IMG/VR virus record: IMGVR_UViG_3300009705_000015
Location: 1,016 to 65,015 of that record
Reading direction: 5' to 3' (one strand)
DNA: 64,000 nt
DNA from: a virus
Lineage: Duplodnaviria > Caudoviricetes
Part shown: positions 29,574 through 39,177 of the stretch, in pieces
Layout of the letters: each line of letters begins with the position of its first letter
How positions within the stretch are numbered: the stretch's first letter is position 1
Translations under genes and position numbers: made by a program
Notes under the pieces: model-generated
What the model was told of the DNA's origin: nothing
The model's input: only the letters and a program-made list of their open reading frames with translations
Databases searched by the model: none

Positions 29574-30085
29574 TACGTTTGGCAATCGGAGATACAGGTC
29601 TGCCGTCGATTGACCCACACACTACTCTCGCCAACCTTATTGAAGCCAATATGGTTTCACCAGATGGCGTCTGGACACCTGTTGTAAATCCCGAATGGCT
29701 CGAATACAAAAAGCAAAAGACATATCAAATCGCAATTCAACCCATGATTGGATTGACAAGTGAAGCATTCTTCGATTCAACATCGACAACGATTGCGAAG
29801 ACTTCTCAATGGTTCGGTCGTGTGTGTTTGTTCGCACCAACCCGTGTGAAATGCTGGGAGATGATGGCCAAGTTCTTGGTGGTGATGAACAACGGCGTTC
29901 TCACGTTCCCATCGGCTGGATTGGAACCTGCTGGCAATGGTGCATATCAATATGCCAGAATTACAAGGTCAGATGAATCCAAACCTGTTCGGTATTTTGA
30001 GCCTGAATGTGGACCCTCTGGAGATGCTGGAAACTGTATCGGATATCGCACCGATTACACGGTGGAATTGAGATGGGGCGAATGA
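29570..30085 (+). CDS. putative tail terminator/completion protein
   Basis: Coupled to the connector; size and synteny. Confidence 0.5.
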   Translation: MIRLAIGDTGLPSIDPHTTLANLIEANMVSPDGVWTPVVNPEWLEYKKQKTYQIAIQPMIGLTSEAFFDSTSTTIAKTSQWFGRVCLFAPTRVKCWEMMAKFLVVMNNGVLTFPSAGLEPAGNGAYQYARITRSDESKPVRYFEPECGPSGDAGNCIGYRTDYTVELRWGE

Positions 30086-30171
30086 TTTATCCATTTAACG
30101 AATGGGGTTTTTGAAACATTGTTGTTCCAAACCATTGATATAGTCGAACCTGTTGGCTATGTTTGAGCATC

Positions 30172-30420
30172 ATGCAAACGAGCCAATACGATAACCAAGA
30201 CGAGCCAAGAACCCATAGTGGAATGAACTACATTTGTTCATTCAACGATATGAAAAAAGCAAACGCCATCCATGCTACATTGACAGAGATTGGAATGGTT
30301 GTTGAAATGGTCAAAAAACCAAATGGTTGGGGCTATCATGCACACCTATACACCAACGATGAAACCTTGAAAGTCCAAGTAATCAATGGTGAAGACTCAT
30401 TGTATTTGACCGAGATGTGA
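30172..30420 (+). CDS. small hypothetical protein (class A cassette)
   Basis: Promoter at 30117-30144. Confidence 0.6.
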   Translation: MQTSQYDNQDEPRTHSGMNYICSFNDMKKANAIHATLTEIGMVVEMVKKPNGWGYHAHLYTNDETLKVQVINGEDSLYLTEM

Positions 30421-30424
30421 GACT

Positions 30425-30694
30425 GTGCAACAGCAAATCCACACCCTGATGAGGGGCTTGGGCGTTGAGGATGAATCATTCACCCTCCACGAGCCTCTCA
30501 CGGACACACACCATGTTTTCACGACCTATGGGGTCGTTGAATGGATAACGAACAATGGTGGTGAATCGGCGATTCAAAGAGTCGTTGAGTTCCTGACCGT
30601 TTGTCCAGATGGAAAAACAGTTCGTGAGTTATTCATTGACATTGCCAAAGGCTCAATCGACTTGAGTTCAGACCCAGATTTCAAATCAAAGTGA
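30425..30694 (+). CDS. small hypothetical protein
   Basis: ORF. Confidence 0.5.
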   Translation: MQQQIHTLMRGLGVEDESFTLHEPLTDTHHVFTTYGVVEWITNNGGESAIQRVVEFLTVCPDGKTVRELFIDIAKGSIDLSSDPDFKSK

Positions 30695-31093
30695 TTTGTA
30701 TTCTGACGATTCTTTCAAGTCTGCGATTATTTGTTCTTCTGACCATCCATGTGCCATCAATTGCACGGTGTAGTGTTGGAGGCCACCAGCATCGGCTTCA
30801 CGCTTCAGGACTTCTTTGAATGCACTTTTGACAAAATCCTCTGGCGCAAGACCAGATGTTTCTGCTTCGACTTCTTCAACGAGTTCGGGAACTGCGACTT
30901 CTTCAACAACCTCTTCGACTTCTTCAACAACCTCTTCGACTACTTCTTCGACCACAGGTTCGACTTCTTCAAGCGATTCCAGATGGGCTTCGATTCGAGC
31001 CAATAGTTCGGCTTTTGTTCCACCGATTGCGAGTTCATGTTCCTCTGCAAGTGCGAGTAATTTTGTCTTGGACAATCCTTTCAGGTCAGTCAT
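30686..31093 (-). CDS. SAP/HeH domain + acidic linker + DUF4214-like domain protein
   Basis: LSKTKL...GTKAELLARI; (V)EE repeats; VLKREADAGGLQHY...SSEY. Confidence 0.75.
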   Translation of the reverse strand: MTDLKGLSKTKLLALAEEHELAIGGTKAELLARIEAHLESLEEVEPVVEEVVEEVVEEVEEVVEEVAVPELVEEVEAETSGLAPEDFVKSAFKEVLKREADAGGLQHYTVQLMAHGWSEEQIIADLKESSEYKSL

Positions 31094-31228
31094 ACCCGAA
31101 AGGTGGGGCTTGGGGGTTAAATTAGTATCGGTCTCGATAAGGTGTCGATTCCTGAACGTGAAAATCATTTGGAACAATAGCATTGATATTCCGATATGTT
31201 GATATAGTCGGTGGTGTTGGTTCAACAC

Positions 31229-31543
31229 ATGAGCGCAATTAGCCCCTCTATCAAGCAATACCTGTGGACTGACATCTATGGCCAAGAAGTGTATGAAGAC
31301 GATTTGGTGGCATCATACCACCAAATATATGCAAAGGATTCCTATTTATTAGGAACTCTTGAAGCAATCGAACAAGACTATGCCGGATGCCCTTGCGGTG
31401 AACCACACCTTCGCATTGCAGTTATTCAAGAAGTCTCCAACGGTGTTCCAACAACCCTCCCAGAAGCAGACCGATACTTTGCATATCCATCATGTGTTCC
31501 AATCGAGCAAGGTGGGGCAGTTATCTCACTTCTCAAAATCTGA
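31229..31543 (+). CDS. hypothetical protein (class A cassette)
   Basis: cattgatattccgatatgttgatatag then ATG at +30. Confidence 0.65.
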   Translation: MSAISPSIKQYLWTDIYGQEVYEDDLVASYHQIYAKDSYLLGTLEAIEQDYAGCPCGEPHLRIAVIQEVSNGVPTTLPEADRYFAYPSCVPIEQGGAVISLLKI

Positions 31544-31585
31544 ATCGGGCAATTCTTTAAGAATAGTCGGTGCTGACTATCGTTT

Positions 31586-31666
31586 GCACCGGCACACCTC
31601 CCAATTGGGCGGCGAAGGGGTCGGTGCGAGGTGTTTGGTAATTCCTCTCTTAACCCTTCGTCGCCC
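31586..31666 (+). ncRNA. candidate small pseudoknotted RNA
   Basis: 13-bp stem 31607-31619/31654-31666; its loop is complementary to 31586-31600; TTTAAG box 30 nt upstream. Confidence 0.45.
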
Positions 31667-31706
31667 ACCTCTCATTCTTAACCCCAGCACAGCACACTTA
31701 GATATC

Positions 31707-32411
31707 GTGCCGATTAAGGACCCAATCAAACGGGCTGCATATTCCAAAGCATATCATAAGAGATGGTATGAGCAAAATAAGAACAATCGAGTCAAAGAAG
31801 TCGCCGTCAGGAAAAAGAGCATCCGTGAATGGATGAGGCTGCTTAAAGAGAGCCTGTTTTGTTCCAGATGTGGACTAAGTGGCAAAGACAACGCTTGGGC
31901 TATGGAGTTCCACCACCAAGACCCAACGAAGAAAGAATCTCTTGTATCTGGGATGGTGTCTGGTGGATATGCAAAGGCTCGAATCATGGAGGAGATTGAG
32001 AAGTGTGATGTGGTGTGTGCATCGTGCCATCGCAAAGAACACTATCAAGAGCATCAGCAATCGCTCGAAGACGGAACTGAATCAATTTGGACTGCAGCAG
32101 GTAAATCTGGGGCGAAGTTCGAGGTGCATGGAAACGACGATATGACAAGGAACAAGAAGCGAAGGCGCAAGCGAAGGCAACAACGATTGCGAGAGGCACG
32201 AGGCACGAACAACAATTCGGGTCCGCAAAGAATGAACAAAGACGATATCGACACCATGTTATTCAAAATGGAAAATGGTGCGAAGTTATCCAAATCAGAA
32301 GTGAAGAGATTCAGAATGCTGATTGGTCGAGAGCAGGCTGGATTAGAAGTCGAAGGCGATTGCGAACATATTGAGTTCGATACCAACATAAACCGAGAAC
32401 GTGAATCGTGA
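31707..32411 (+). CDS. HNH endonuclease-like protein
   Basis: CSRCG...EFHHQDP..K...EIEKCDVVCASCH; GTG start after a TTAACCCC promoter. Confidence 0.8.
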   Translation: MPIKDPIKRAAYSKAYHKRWYEQNKNNRVKEVAVRKKSIREWMRLLKESLFCSRCGLSGKDNAWAMEFHHQDPTKKESLVSGMVSGGYAKARIMEEIEKCDVVCASCHRKEHYQEHQQSLEDGTESIWTAAGKSGAKFEVHGNDDMTRNKKRRRKRRQQRLREARGTNNNSGPQRMNKDDIDTMLFKMENGAKLSKSEVKRFRMLIGREQAGLEVEGDCEHIEFDTNINRERES

Positions 32412-32414
32412 TTC

Positions 32415-33563
32415 ATGGCTTGGGGCGCACTTGCACTTTCACGATTTGCTCGAACTGCACCAGAATGGGCGGCGCAGACAAGACGGGGAACAAACCCAGC
32501 ATCGTTTGAATGGAAAACCAAAGCCATTGCGAATGGGAATTATTACCAATTAAGTGGAATCAACGCTTCTCCGAATGTAATCCTCCCAACCGTTGCTGCT
32601 GGGTATTCGTTTTCAATCGGTGTGCGATTCAAACCAACAGCCTCATTGCCAATCGGGCTGTGGGAGATTGTCGATACCAGCGGCAATGACATTCTCGCTC
32701 TTGAAATCAACGCTGCTAATGCGGTTCAAATCACATTCGGGGCGGTTGGATATGTCGGGTCTGTGAACATCACACCGAACTCGTGGAACTACGTTCTAAT
32801 GACCATCCAAGACAATGTATTCACTATCTATGTCAATGATGTTGCTTGGAGTCATAGCCATTCTGTTCCAGCAAATATGTCAACCGCCGTCTCGTGGAGA
32901 TTGGGCGTTGCCAGAACCGCATTCTTTGAAGGACTCATCACGGAGGCTTGGGTTGCATCGGGATGGCAACCAACCGCATCAGACGCCACCATCCTATACA
33001 ATGGAGGCTCAACCTTCGACCTGACCCAAACAATAGCCCCAATCAATCCAATGCTGGGATATATGACAGCGTGGTGGAATGGTCAAAATACAGGAACAAC
33101 CGCATTCTTTGGTCAGGCTCGGTCTTATTGGTCAACCAAAGTGGCTGGAGGCGACCTCGCATGGGTCGGGAATGGTGGAGGCATAGCGACATTACCCAGC
33201 GTATCTGCGACCAGACCAGCGAATCGAAGCAACACATACTCCAGATTGGCTACATTAGCATCCCTGTGGGCGTCTGGAACAGCAATCGACAGTAAGACAC
33301 CACTTGGGGTCGGCGTGGTCTTAGAGGCGTCTGCACCACACTTCTTGCCCTATCCTCAAACGGGATGGGGAATCAAGGCTGGTGCTGGGTCATTCACCGG
33401 AGTTCTCGATGTTCCACGACAAACCCCTCAATTGGCGATATCGGGAACTCTCCAAGAACAAGGACAATCGGCATGGCCGAATGTTGGTGATGGAACTCTC
33501 CAATACGCATTGGATGGTCGAACCGTCAATCGGCTATTGCCAACCTTTGCCAAGAAGTCTTGA
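32415..33563 (+). CDS. LamG/concanavalin A-like domain virion protein
   Basis: FSIGVRFKP, WNYV, IYVN, FEGLITE, LYNGG. Confidence 0.7.
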   Translation: MAWGALALSRFARTAPEWAAQTRRGTNPASFEWKTKAIANGNYYQLSGINASPNVILPTVAAGYSFSIGVRFKPTASLPIGLWEIVDTSGNDILALEINAANAVQITFGAVGYVGSVNITPNSWNYVLMTIQDNVFTIYVNDVAWSHSHSVPANMSTAVSWRLGVARTAFFEGLITEAWVASGWQPTASDATILYNGGSTFDLTQTIAPINPMLGYMTAWWNGQNTGTTAFFGQARSYWSTKVAGGDLAWVGNGGGIATLPSVSATRPANRSNTYSRLATLASLWASGTAIDSKTPLGVGVVLEASAPHFLPYPQTGWGIKAGAGSFTGVLDVPRQTPQLAISGTLQEQGQSAWPNVGDGTLQYALDGRTVNRLLPTFAKKS

Positions 33564-33564
33564 T

Positions 33565-33918
33565 TCAAGCATTCTGACGAGCCTGAAATCCAGCGCTGAA
33601 TGCGTTGGATGCGACTCCTGTTGCGAATGCAATTCCTGTGGTTGAGCGCACACCCAAGAGGTTATACTTGTTGAAGACCATTGTTCCGAACTTTGCTTGG
33701 CAACGGTCTGCTTGCTCATATCCAGCGGAGTATGCTTGTTGCATCTCTTCACGGGTTTGGGAGAATCGAGCCTTGTTGAATGAAGGCTTTTGTTCGTTTG
33801 CTGCGAAGACTCGTGCTTGCATATCCATGTATGCTGTGATTACTTCATCAGGTAGTGCAACATTGGTGTTCCATGTGCGGCTGTCGTCGGCGTATTGGTT
33901 TGGGCTGTTGTTGTCCAT
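33565..33918 (-). CDS. hypothetical protein (class A cassette)
   Basis: Minus-strand cattgatataccgacacccttaataggggg upstream. Confidence 0.65.
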   Translation of the reverse strand: MDNNSPNQYADDSRTWNTNVALPDEVITAYMDMQARVFAANEQKPSFNKARFSQTREEMQQAYSAGYEQADRCQAKFGTMVFNKYNLLGVRSTTGIAFATGVASNAFSAGFQARQNA

Positions 33919-34209
33919 GTTTAGTGCTGCAGGTTCCCCCTATTAAGGGTGTCGGTATATCAATGGTTTGAACCCCTTATTATTCTCAATATGGTGGTTA
34001 TCGAATGGAATAATTATGATTCAAAACATTGAAATTATCCCACCATTGATGAATCGAAGGATTAAATAGGTGGGTTTTCATGGATGATTTGGAGGGTGCG
34101 TGAACTCCCCATCTGTTTCAGGTTCTATCTCAAAGCGCATCCTCCAAATCAATCTCAATCTCACGTTCTCGCCAAAGGCTTGAAGAGGTTCGAGGGCTTC
34201 GAGTCTTTT

Positions 34210-35553
34210 ATGGCGAGGATATTATGGGGTTCAGAGCAACCCCTCCGACCAACAGGCTATGCGGTTGTCAGCCGTGAAATTATCAAACGATTGATTGCAG
34301 ATTATGGACATGAAGTTCATGTCATAGGTTGGGATTACAACGGCGAGGATTTCAAACACGAAGAAGGATGGATATTGAAACACTGTGGACTTCAATTCGG
34401 TGCATCAGAACCTCTTCAAATCGGCGTTGAAAACAGCCCAACCGTCTTGGACTATCACCTTCAAACCGTTGAGCCTGATGTTTATTTGAGCCTTGTTGAT
34501 TGCTGGTTTTGTGGCCACATGGTTCAATCGACAAACAAGGCTGGAGTTCCATACATTGGATATTTTCCAATCGACGGAGTTCCTATTTCAAACCAATGGA
34601 CACCTATTCTGGCGCACACCCACACCCCTCTATGGATGAGCGAGTTCGGTCGCCAGCAGTTCAAGGAGTTCGTGGCCAAATACCGACCAGATGGAAATGG
34701 ACATGAGAACTTGAAAATGCCTGACCTTGACCGATTCAATTTGGATAACGACGACGACTTTCCAATGATTCATCACGGCGTTGACATTGATACATTCAAA
34801 CCTCTATCGCTCACGGACAAAGAGATAATGAGGGGCAAATTGGGAATCAAATGGGAGACCGTCTTGAGTTCAATCGGGCGCAACACCAATCGCAAGCAGA
34901 TTCCAAGACTCTTGAGGGCGTTGAGAATTGCTCTTGATAAATTGGGAGATGATAATGCCATTGGTATAATTTTGCATTGCGGCGACCCTCTTGACCAAAT
35001 GAATCAGGGCGGTTGGAAACTGCCAGAACTCATCAAGCAATATGAACTCGTTGGGAATGTCATGTTCTCCGATGGTTCAAGCAATCCACTTCATGGAATA
35101 AGTCGTGAGGATATCGCCAATCTATTAGGTTGCTCGGATGCTCATGTGCTGGCAACAGGTGGAGAAGGATTTGGAATCCCATCGGCAGAAGCAATGGGAG
35201 TCGGAATCCCGATAATCCTCCCAGATAATTCAACGGGTCCAGAACTTATTGGACTCAATAATGAAAGAGGCTGGCTCGTGCCGTGTTCCGATTCGATAAC
35301 GGGTCCGAGATGGGGTGTCGATTTGGGGCTGGTTGACATTGAAGCGTTGGCCGATACCTTGATTGAACTTCACCAATCTCCGATTGAACGTATAAAAAGA
35401 GGCAAAGCGGCTCGCAAGTTCGTGGTCGAAAATCTCGATTGGGATTTGATAACTCGTCAGTTCCACGATTTGATTGAATCCAGAATCGGTATGAACCATC
35501 CCATGCAAGAATTATTGGAATCTCGTGCTGGGGGCGAAGAACCTGTCGAATAA
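34210..35553 (+). CDS. GT-B (family 4-like) glycosyltransferase
   Basis: PTGYA, IHHGVD..F, GRN..RK, GEGFGIP..EAM. Confidence 0.9.
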   Translation: MARILWGSEQPLRPTGYAVVSREIIKRLIADYGHEVHVIGWDYNGEDFKHEEGWILKHCGLQFGASEPLQIGVENSPTVLDYHLQTVEPDVYLSLVDCWFCGHMVQSTNKAGVPYIGYFPIDGVPISNQWTPILAHTHTPLWMSEFGRQQFKEFVAKYRPDGNGHENLKMPDLDRFNLDNDDDFPMIHHGVDIDTFKPLSLTDKEIMRGKLGIKWETVLSSIGRNTNRKQIPRLLRALRIALDKLGDDNAIGIILHCGDPLDQMNQGGWKLPELIKQYELVGNVMFSDGSSNPLHGISREDIANLLGCSDAHVLATGGEGFGIPSAEAMGVGIPIILPDNSTGPELIGLNNERGWLVPCSDSITGPRWGVDLGLVDIEALADTLIELHQSPIERIKRGKAARKFVVENLDWDLITRQFHDLIESRIGMNHPMQELLESRAGGEEPVE

Positions 35554-35920
35554 GCACCCACAGCGCAAGCGAACCCAAGAACCCCCCAAGAAGGTGTCTG
35601 GCGTGGTCAAGAAGCCACGAGTTATCAAGAAGCCCATTACTTGCGGGTCTCGCAACAAGACGGTCTGTGAGAAGCATGAGAAGCCATGTGCAATCCATGT
35701 CGATTATCCACCAAATGACGACCGACTCAAGTGGAGAGCAAAATTAACTGAAATCGGCGCACCATCTCACGATTCGGATAGCGAACACCGATGCAAACAT
35801 TGTATGGAGGAACGCTTGCAGCACAGCCCCCACCAGAACCTCGAAGTCGAGGGTTTGAATGCCATGCAATCTGCAAGGCTGACTCGTGAAAGTGGTCGGT
35901 TCATTAGAAGGGCTGAATAA
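35525..35920 (+). CDS. basic Cys/His-rich hypothetical protein
   Basis: ORF; start uncertain. Confidence 0.5.
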   Translation: MLGAKNLSNKHPQRKRTQEPPKKVSGVVKKPRVIKKPITCGSRNKTVCEKHEKPCAIHVDYPPNDDRLKWRAKLTEIGAPSHDSDSEHRCKHCMEERLQHSPHQNLEVEGLNAMQSARLTRESGRFIRRAE

Positions 35921-35967
35921 ACACCGTTAAGAACCCCAACGAAGACAGGATGGGCTAAGGGATTACA

Positions 35968-36363
35968 ATGGCAATTCATTCATACACAGGTTGCACCGGC
36001 AAAATCACGGCAAACGGAACTGTCATTGGATTCGTGTCTGGTGATTTCAGCCTCGCAACGGCAACAGGAAAATACATCACACTTGGAACAAACACCAACA
36101 CCTCACATACTCGTGGTGTCAGAACCGTCAGTGGTTCGCTCAAGAAGGCTTGGGGAATCTCCGATGATGAACTATACATCTGGTATAATACTGACCTTGA
36201 ATATACAATCGTTTTTGATGCCGACCAAGCGGGAACTAAATCCTATACTTGTTCGGGCTGCGTCTTGACCGACCTTGCTATCGAAGGACTTGAAGCAGGT
36301 GGCGACGGGGCATTGATGGTCAATGCTTCATTTGAGGGCTTGACGTTCAGTCGAGCAGTGTGA
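35968..36363 (+). CDS. tail tube protein
   Basis: 131-aa beta-rich protein directly upstream of the chaperone and tape measure genes. Confidence 0.7.
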   Translation: MAIHSYTGCTGKITANGTVIGFVSGDFSLATATGKYITLGTNTNTSHTRGVRTVSGSLKKAWGISDDELYIWYNTDLEYTIVFDADQAGTKSYTCSGCVLTDLAIEGLEAGGDGALMVNASFEGLTFSRAV

Positions 36364-36374
36364 GGTGATTTAGA

Positions 36375-36737
36375 TTGGCTCAATGGTTGGATTCCACGCT
36401 GGACAAAGCAAATGCAGACATCGAAGTCGATATGACAGGCGTGGGTCTGGTCGGCGAGGATGGAAAAGAAGTCAAGGTTCTCATGGCTCGACCGATTTCA
36501 GCAGCGGAATATCAAGTTCTGAAATCCGACCCACAGGCTCAAAAGTTAAAGGGCGAAGACCGAACAGAATATCTCGGACTTCGCATGACATTCGAGATGC
36601 TCGCCAAGTGCGATGCAACATTAACTTGGGGTTCATTCCAGAAATTACCTCTCAATATGCTTGGCAAATTAGCCCAAGCAGTTATACAATCAGTAGGCCA
36701 ACCCACCGAGTCCGGTGGTGGTGTGCTGGGGGAATGA
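36375..36737 (+). CDS. tail assembly chaperone (gpG-like)
   Basis: Synteny; ends CTG GGG GAA TGA. Confidence 0.75.
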   Translation: MAQWLDSTLDKANADIEVDMTGVGLVGEDGKEVKVLMARPISAAEYQVLKSDPQAQKLKGEDRTEYLGLRMTFEMLAKCDATLTWGSFQKLPLNMLGKLAQAVIQSVGQPTESGGGVLGE

Positions 36738-36907
36738 CGACCTTCGCAAAATCGAGCGAAGGCCAATTCTATTTTCATCTATTTTCACACTTAGGAATCA
36801 CGCCACAGGATTGGCGTGAACTCGACCCACGAGATGCTGCATTCTTGGCGAATGCTTTTGTTCAAATGAATGAGAATAAGGCACGACAACAAAGGAGGTC
36901 TCGTTGA
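36728..36907 (+). CDS. -1 frameshift extension of the tail chaperone (gpGT-like)
   Basis: Slippery GGGGGAA at 36728-36734; the -1 frame is open to 36907 (LGITPQDWRELDP). Confidence 0.7.
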   Translation, partial: GGMTTFAKSSEGQFYFHLFSHLGITPQDWRELDPRDAAFLANAFVQMNENKARQQRRSR

Positions 36908-39177
36908 TGTCTAATGACATGAATCTCAAGGTTGTTCTCGATGCTCAAACCGGCGGGTTCAGCAAAGGAATGAAATCAATGCAGCAAGGCTTGTCTGCAT
37001 CCGGCGGCTCTATGGCGAAGTTCTCAAGTATGGCCAAAATGGGATTCGTTGCGATTGGTGTTGCGGCTGCTGCGGCGGGTGCAATGATTCTCACATCATT
37101 CATCATCAAGGCGACCAAGCAATTCATCGAGTTCGAGGAGACGATGATTAAGACGGCGGCAATCATGGGTAAAACCGGCATGGATGAACTGCCAAAATTA
37201 ACTTCTGAAATTAAGCAATTGGGTGCTGAAACCAAGACGACAACCCAAGAGGTTGCAGAAGCAGCACAGATTCTTGCTCTCGCAGGTCTGGGCGAATCGG
37301 AGATGGTTGATGATGGCGCACTTCGCAACCTCAACAACCTCGCAATCGCAGCAGGAATTACTCTCCCAGAAGCGGCGGCTGTCGCAATCTCAACCCTCAA
37401 GGGAATGCAAATGGAAACCAGCGAACTGCGAAAAGTCAATGATATTCTGCTCAATACGCTCTCCAGCACGTTCACCGATATCACATCTCTCGGAGAAGCA
37501 ATGAAGTTCCTCGCCCCAACCGCTTCTGCGGCTGGAGTTAGTCTTGAAGAAGCGGCTGCGGCGGCTGGTATTCTTGGGAACGCCGGACTCAAAGGTTCGA
37601 TGGCTGGAACAGGCTTGCGTATGATGATAACCAAATTGCTCAAGCCAACAGAAGCGGCTCGAATCCAGATGGAAAAATTGGCACTTGACATATTCACATT
37701 GACTCCTGCTGGTGCGGCGGCGAAGGCTTCTTTAGGTAGTGTCAGACGAACATTGGATGCGGCCAAAATGTCTGCAGAAGCCACGAATGCTCAAATGACA
37801 GCACTTAACGAAGTGTTGTCGGATTTGTCGATTGAGCAACAAACCAATAGCCTCGCCATAATGAAAATCAAGAGGCGAGCCGAGAAGGAGGGTCGTGAAT
37901 TAAGCAAACGTGAAGTCGAACAAATCGACAGGCTGGAAAATGCAAATGACGATTTGAATATCACTATGGCCGAGCGCAGAATCGAGCAACAAATCGTTGG
38001 CGCACAGCAGAAAAAGACCAACGCAACCATCTCCGAACAAGCGAAAGAATACTCCAATTTGAACAAAACCGTCAGTGAGCAAACAACAGGAATCACGAGC
38101 CTTTCCGATGTGTTCCATCAATTAGAAGCGGCTGGCGCAACAACCTCCCAGATGCTTGCTATATTCGGTGTTCGTGGTGGAACGGCGGCGAATGCTTTGC
38201 TCGCCAATGTTGATGCTATGGATGAACTCACAGGTGCAAACAAATCGGCTCAAGAAGGGCTTGGATTGACGGCGGAGATGGTTGATGTGATGGGAACATC
38301 AACCTCATATGCTTTGGCAACATTGAACTCGGAATGGAAAGCATTCATGCTTCAAATCGGTGAAGAGTTCGCACCCATGTTGGTTGCAGAAGTCATACCG
38401 GCTCTGCGAGAATTGATTGCATCGTTGTTGCCATTGGTTCCAACATTTGCAGAATTGGCGGTGTCTTTGGGTGAGGTTCTCCCTCCGATAATAGAAGCGT
38501 TGATTCCGATACTCACCAATTTGGGAACTATCCTTAAATTGCTTGCACCATTCATCACCCTAATCGGCTACGCTATGGAGTTATGGTTCTTGTTCATGGA
38601 ACCTGTGTTTGGTTTGGTTGGAGATTTATCGCAAGCACTTATTGACCTTATGAATGGCGACTTTGAAGGATTCATTGGGAGTATCGCATCGGCATTTGGA
38701 AATCTGATTCTGGTTCTCAATCCTGTGTATAGAATGTTGACGGCAATCGCCGAGATGCTCAACGATACAGCAATTGGAGAAGCGGCTGATGATGCAGGGT
38801 TTAATCTCGGCTCGGCGGCTGCGGGCGCAGGTGTTGGATTCGCCGTTGGTGGACCCGTTGGTGCTGCAATCGGAGGTGCGGTCGGTGGATTCTTCTTTGC
38901 TGATGGTGGAATTGTTGACAAGCCAACATTGGGAATCGTTGGAGAGGCCGGACCCGAAGCCGTTATTCCCCTCAATAAATTGGATGGCATCATTGCCAAT
39001 TCCAGCAAGCACGATTCAGCATCCTCTTCACCATCATCATCTCTGACCATCAATGGTGGAATCCACATCGGCGCAGGGAATAACCTCAATAAGCGAGATG
39101 TGAAGTCTGCAATTGAGCAAGTTCTCCCGTCGATGTTATCGGCTGGAACAAGGTCTGGCGCACGGGGGGTTATTTGA
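36907..39177 (+). CDS. tape measure protein (TP901-like core)
   Basis: LGEAMKFLAP.A...G.SLEE.AA..G.L.N.G.KGS.AGTGLR; FADGGIV..PT..GEAGPEAVIPL. Confidence 0.93.
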   Translation: MSNDMNLKVVLDAQTGGFSKGMKSMQQGLSASGGSMAKFSSMAKMGFVAIGVAAAAAGAMILTSFIIKATKQFIEFEETMIKTAAIMGKTGMDELPKLTSEIKQLGAETKTTTQEVAEAAQILALAGLGESEMVDDGALRNLNNLAIAAGITLPEAAAVAISTLKGMQMETSELRKVNDILLNTLSSTFTDITSLGEAMKFLAPTASAAGVSLEEAAAAAGILGNAGLKGSMAGTGLRMMITKLLKPTEAARIQMEKLALDIFTLTPAGAAAKASLGSVRRTLDAAKMSAEATNAQMTALNEVLSDLSIEQQTNSLAIMKIKRRAEKEGRELSKREVEQIDRLENANDDLNITMAERRIEQQIVGAQQKKTNATISEQAKEYSNLNKTVSEQTTGITSLSDVFHQLEAAGATTSQMLAIFGVRGGTAANALLANVDAMDELTGANKSAQEGLGLTAEMVDVMGTSTSYALATLNSEWKAFMLQIGEEFAPMLVAEVIPALRELIASLLPLVPTFAELAVSLGEVLPPIIEALIPILTNLGTILKLLAPFITLIGYAMELWFLFMEPVFGLVGDLSQALIDLMNGDFEGFIGSIASAFGNLILVLNPVYRMLTAIAEMLNDTAIGEAADDAGFNLGSAAAGAGVGFAVGGPVGAAIGGAVGGFFFADGGIVDKPTLGIVGEAGPEAVIPLNKLDGIIANSSKHDSASSSPSSSLTINGGIHIGAGNNLNKRDVKSAIEQVLPSMLSAGTRSGARGVI

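Noticed and set aside
30870-30970. CTTCTTCAAC/CTTCGA tandem repeats as a DNA element
   Set aside because: Explained by the VEE-repeat linker of the minus-strand protein.
36945-37784. Long antisense ORFs (also 23090-23677, 42761-43345, 6865-7665)
   Set aside because: Shadows of strongly supported + strand genes.
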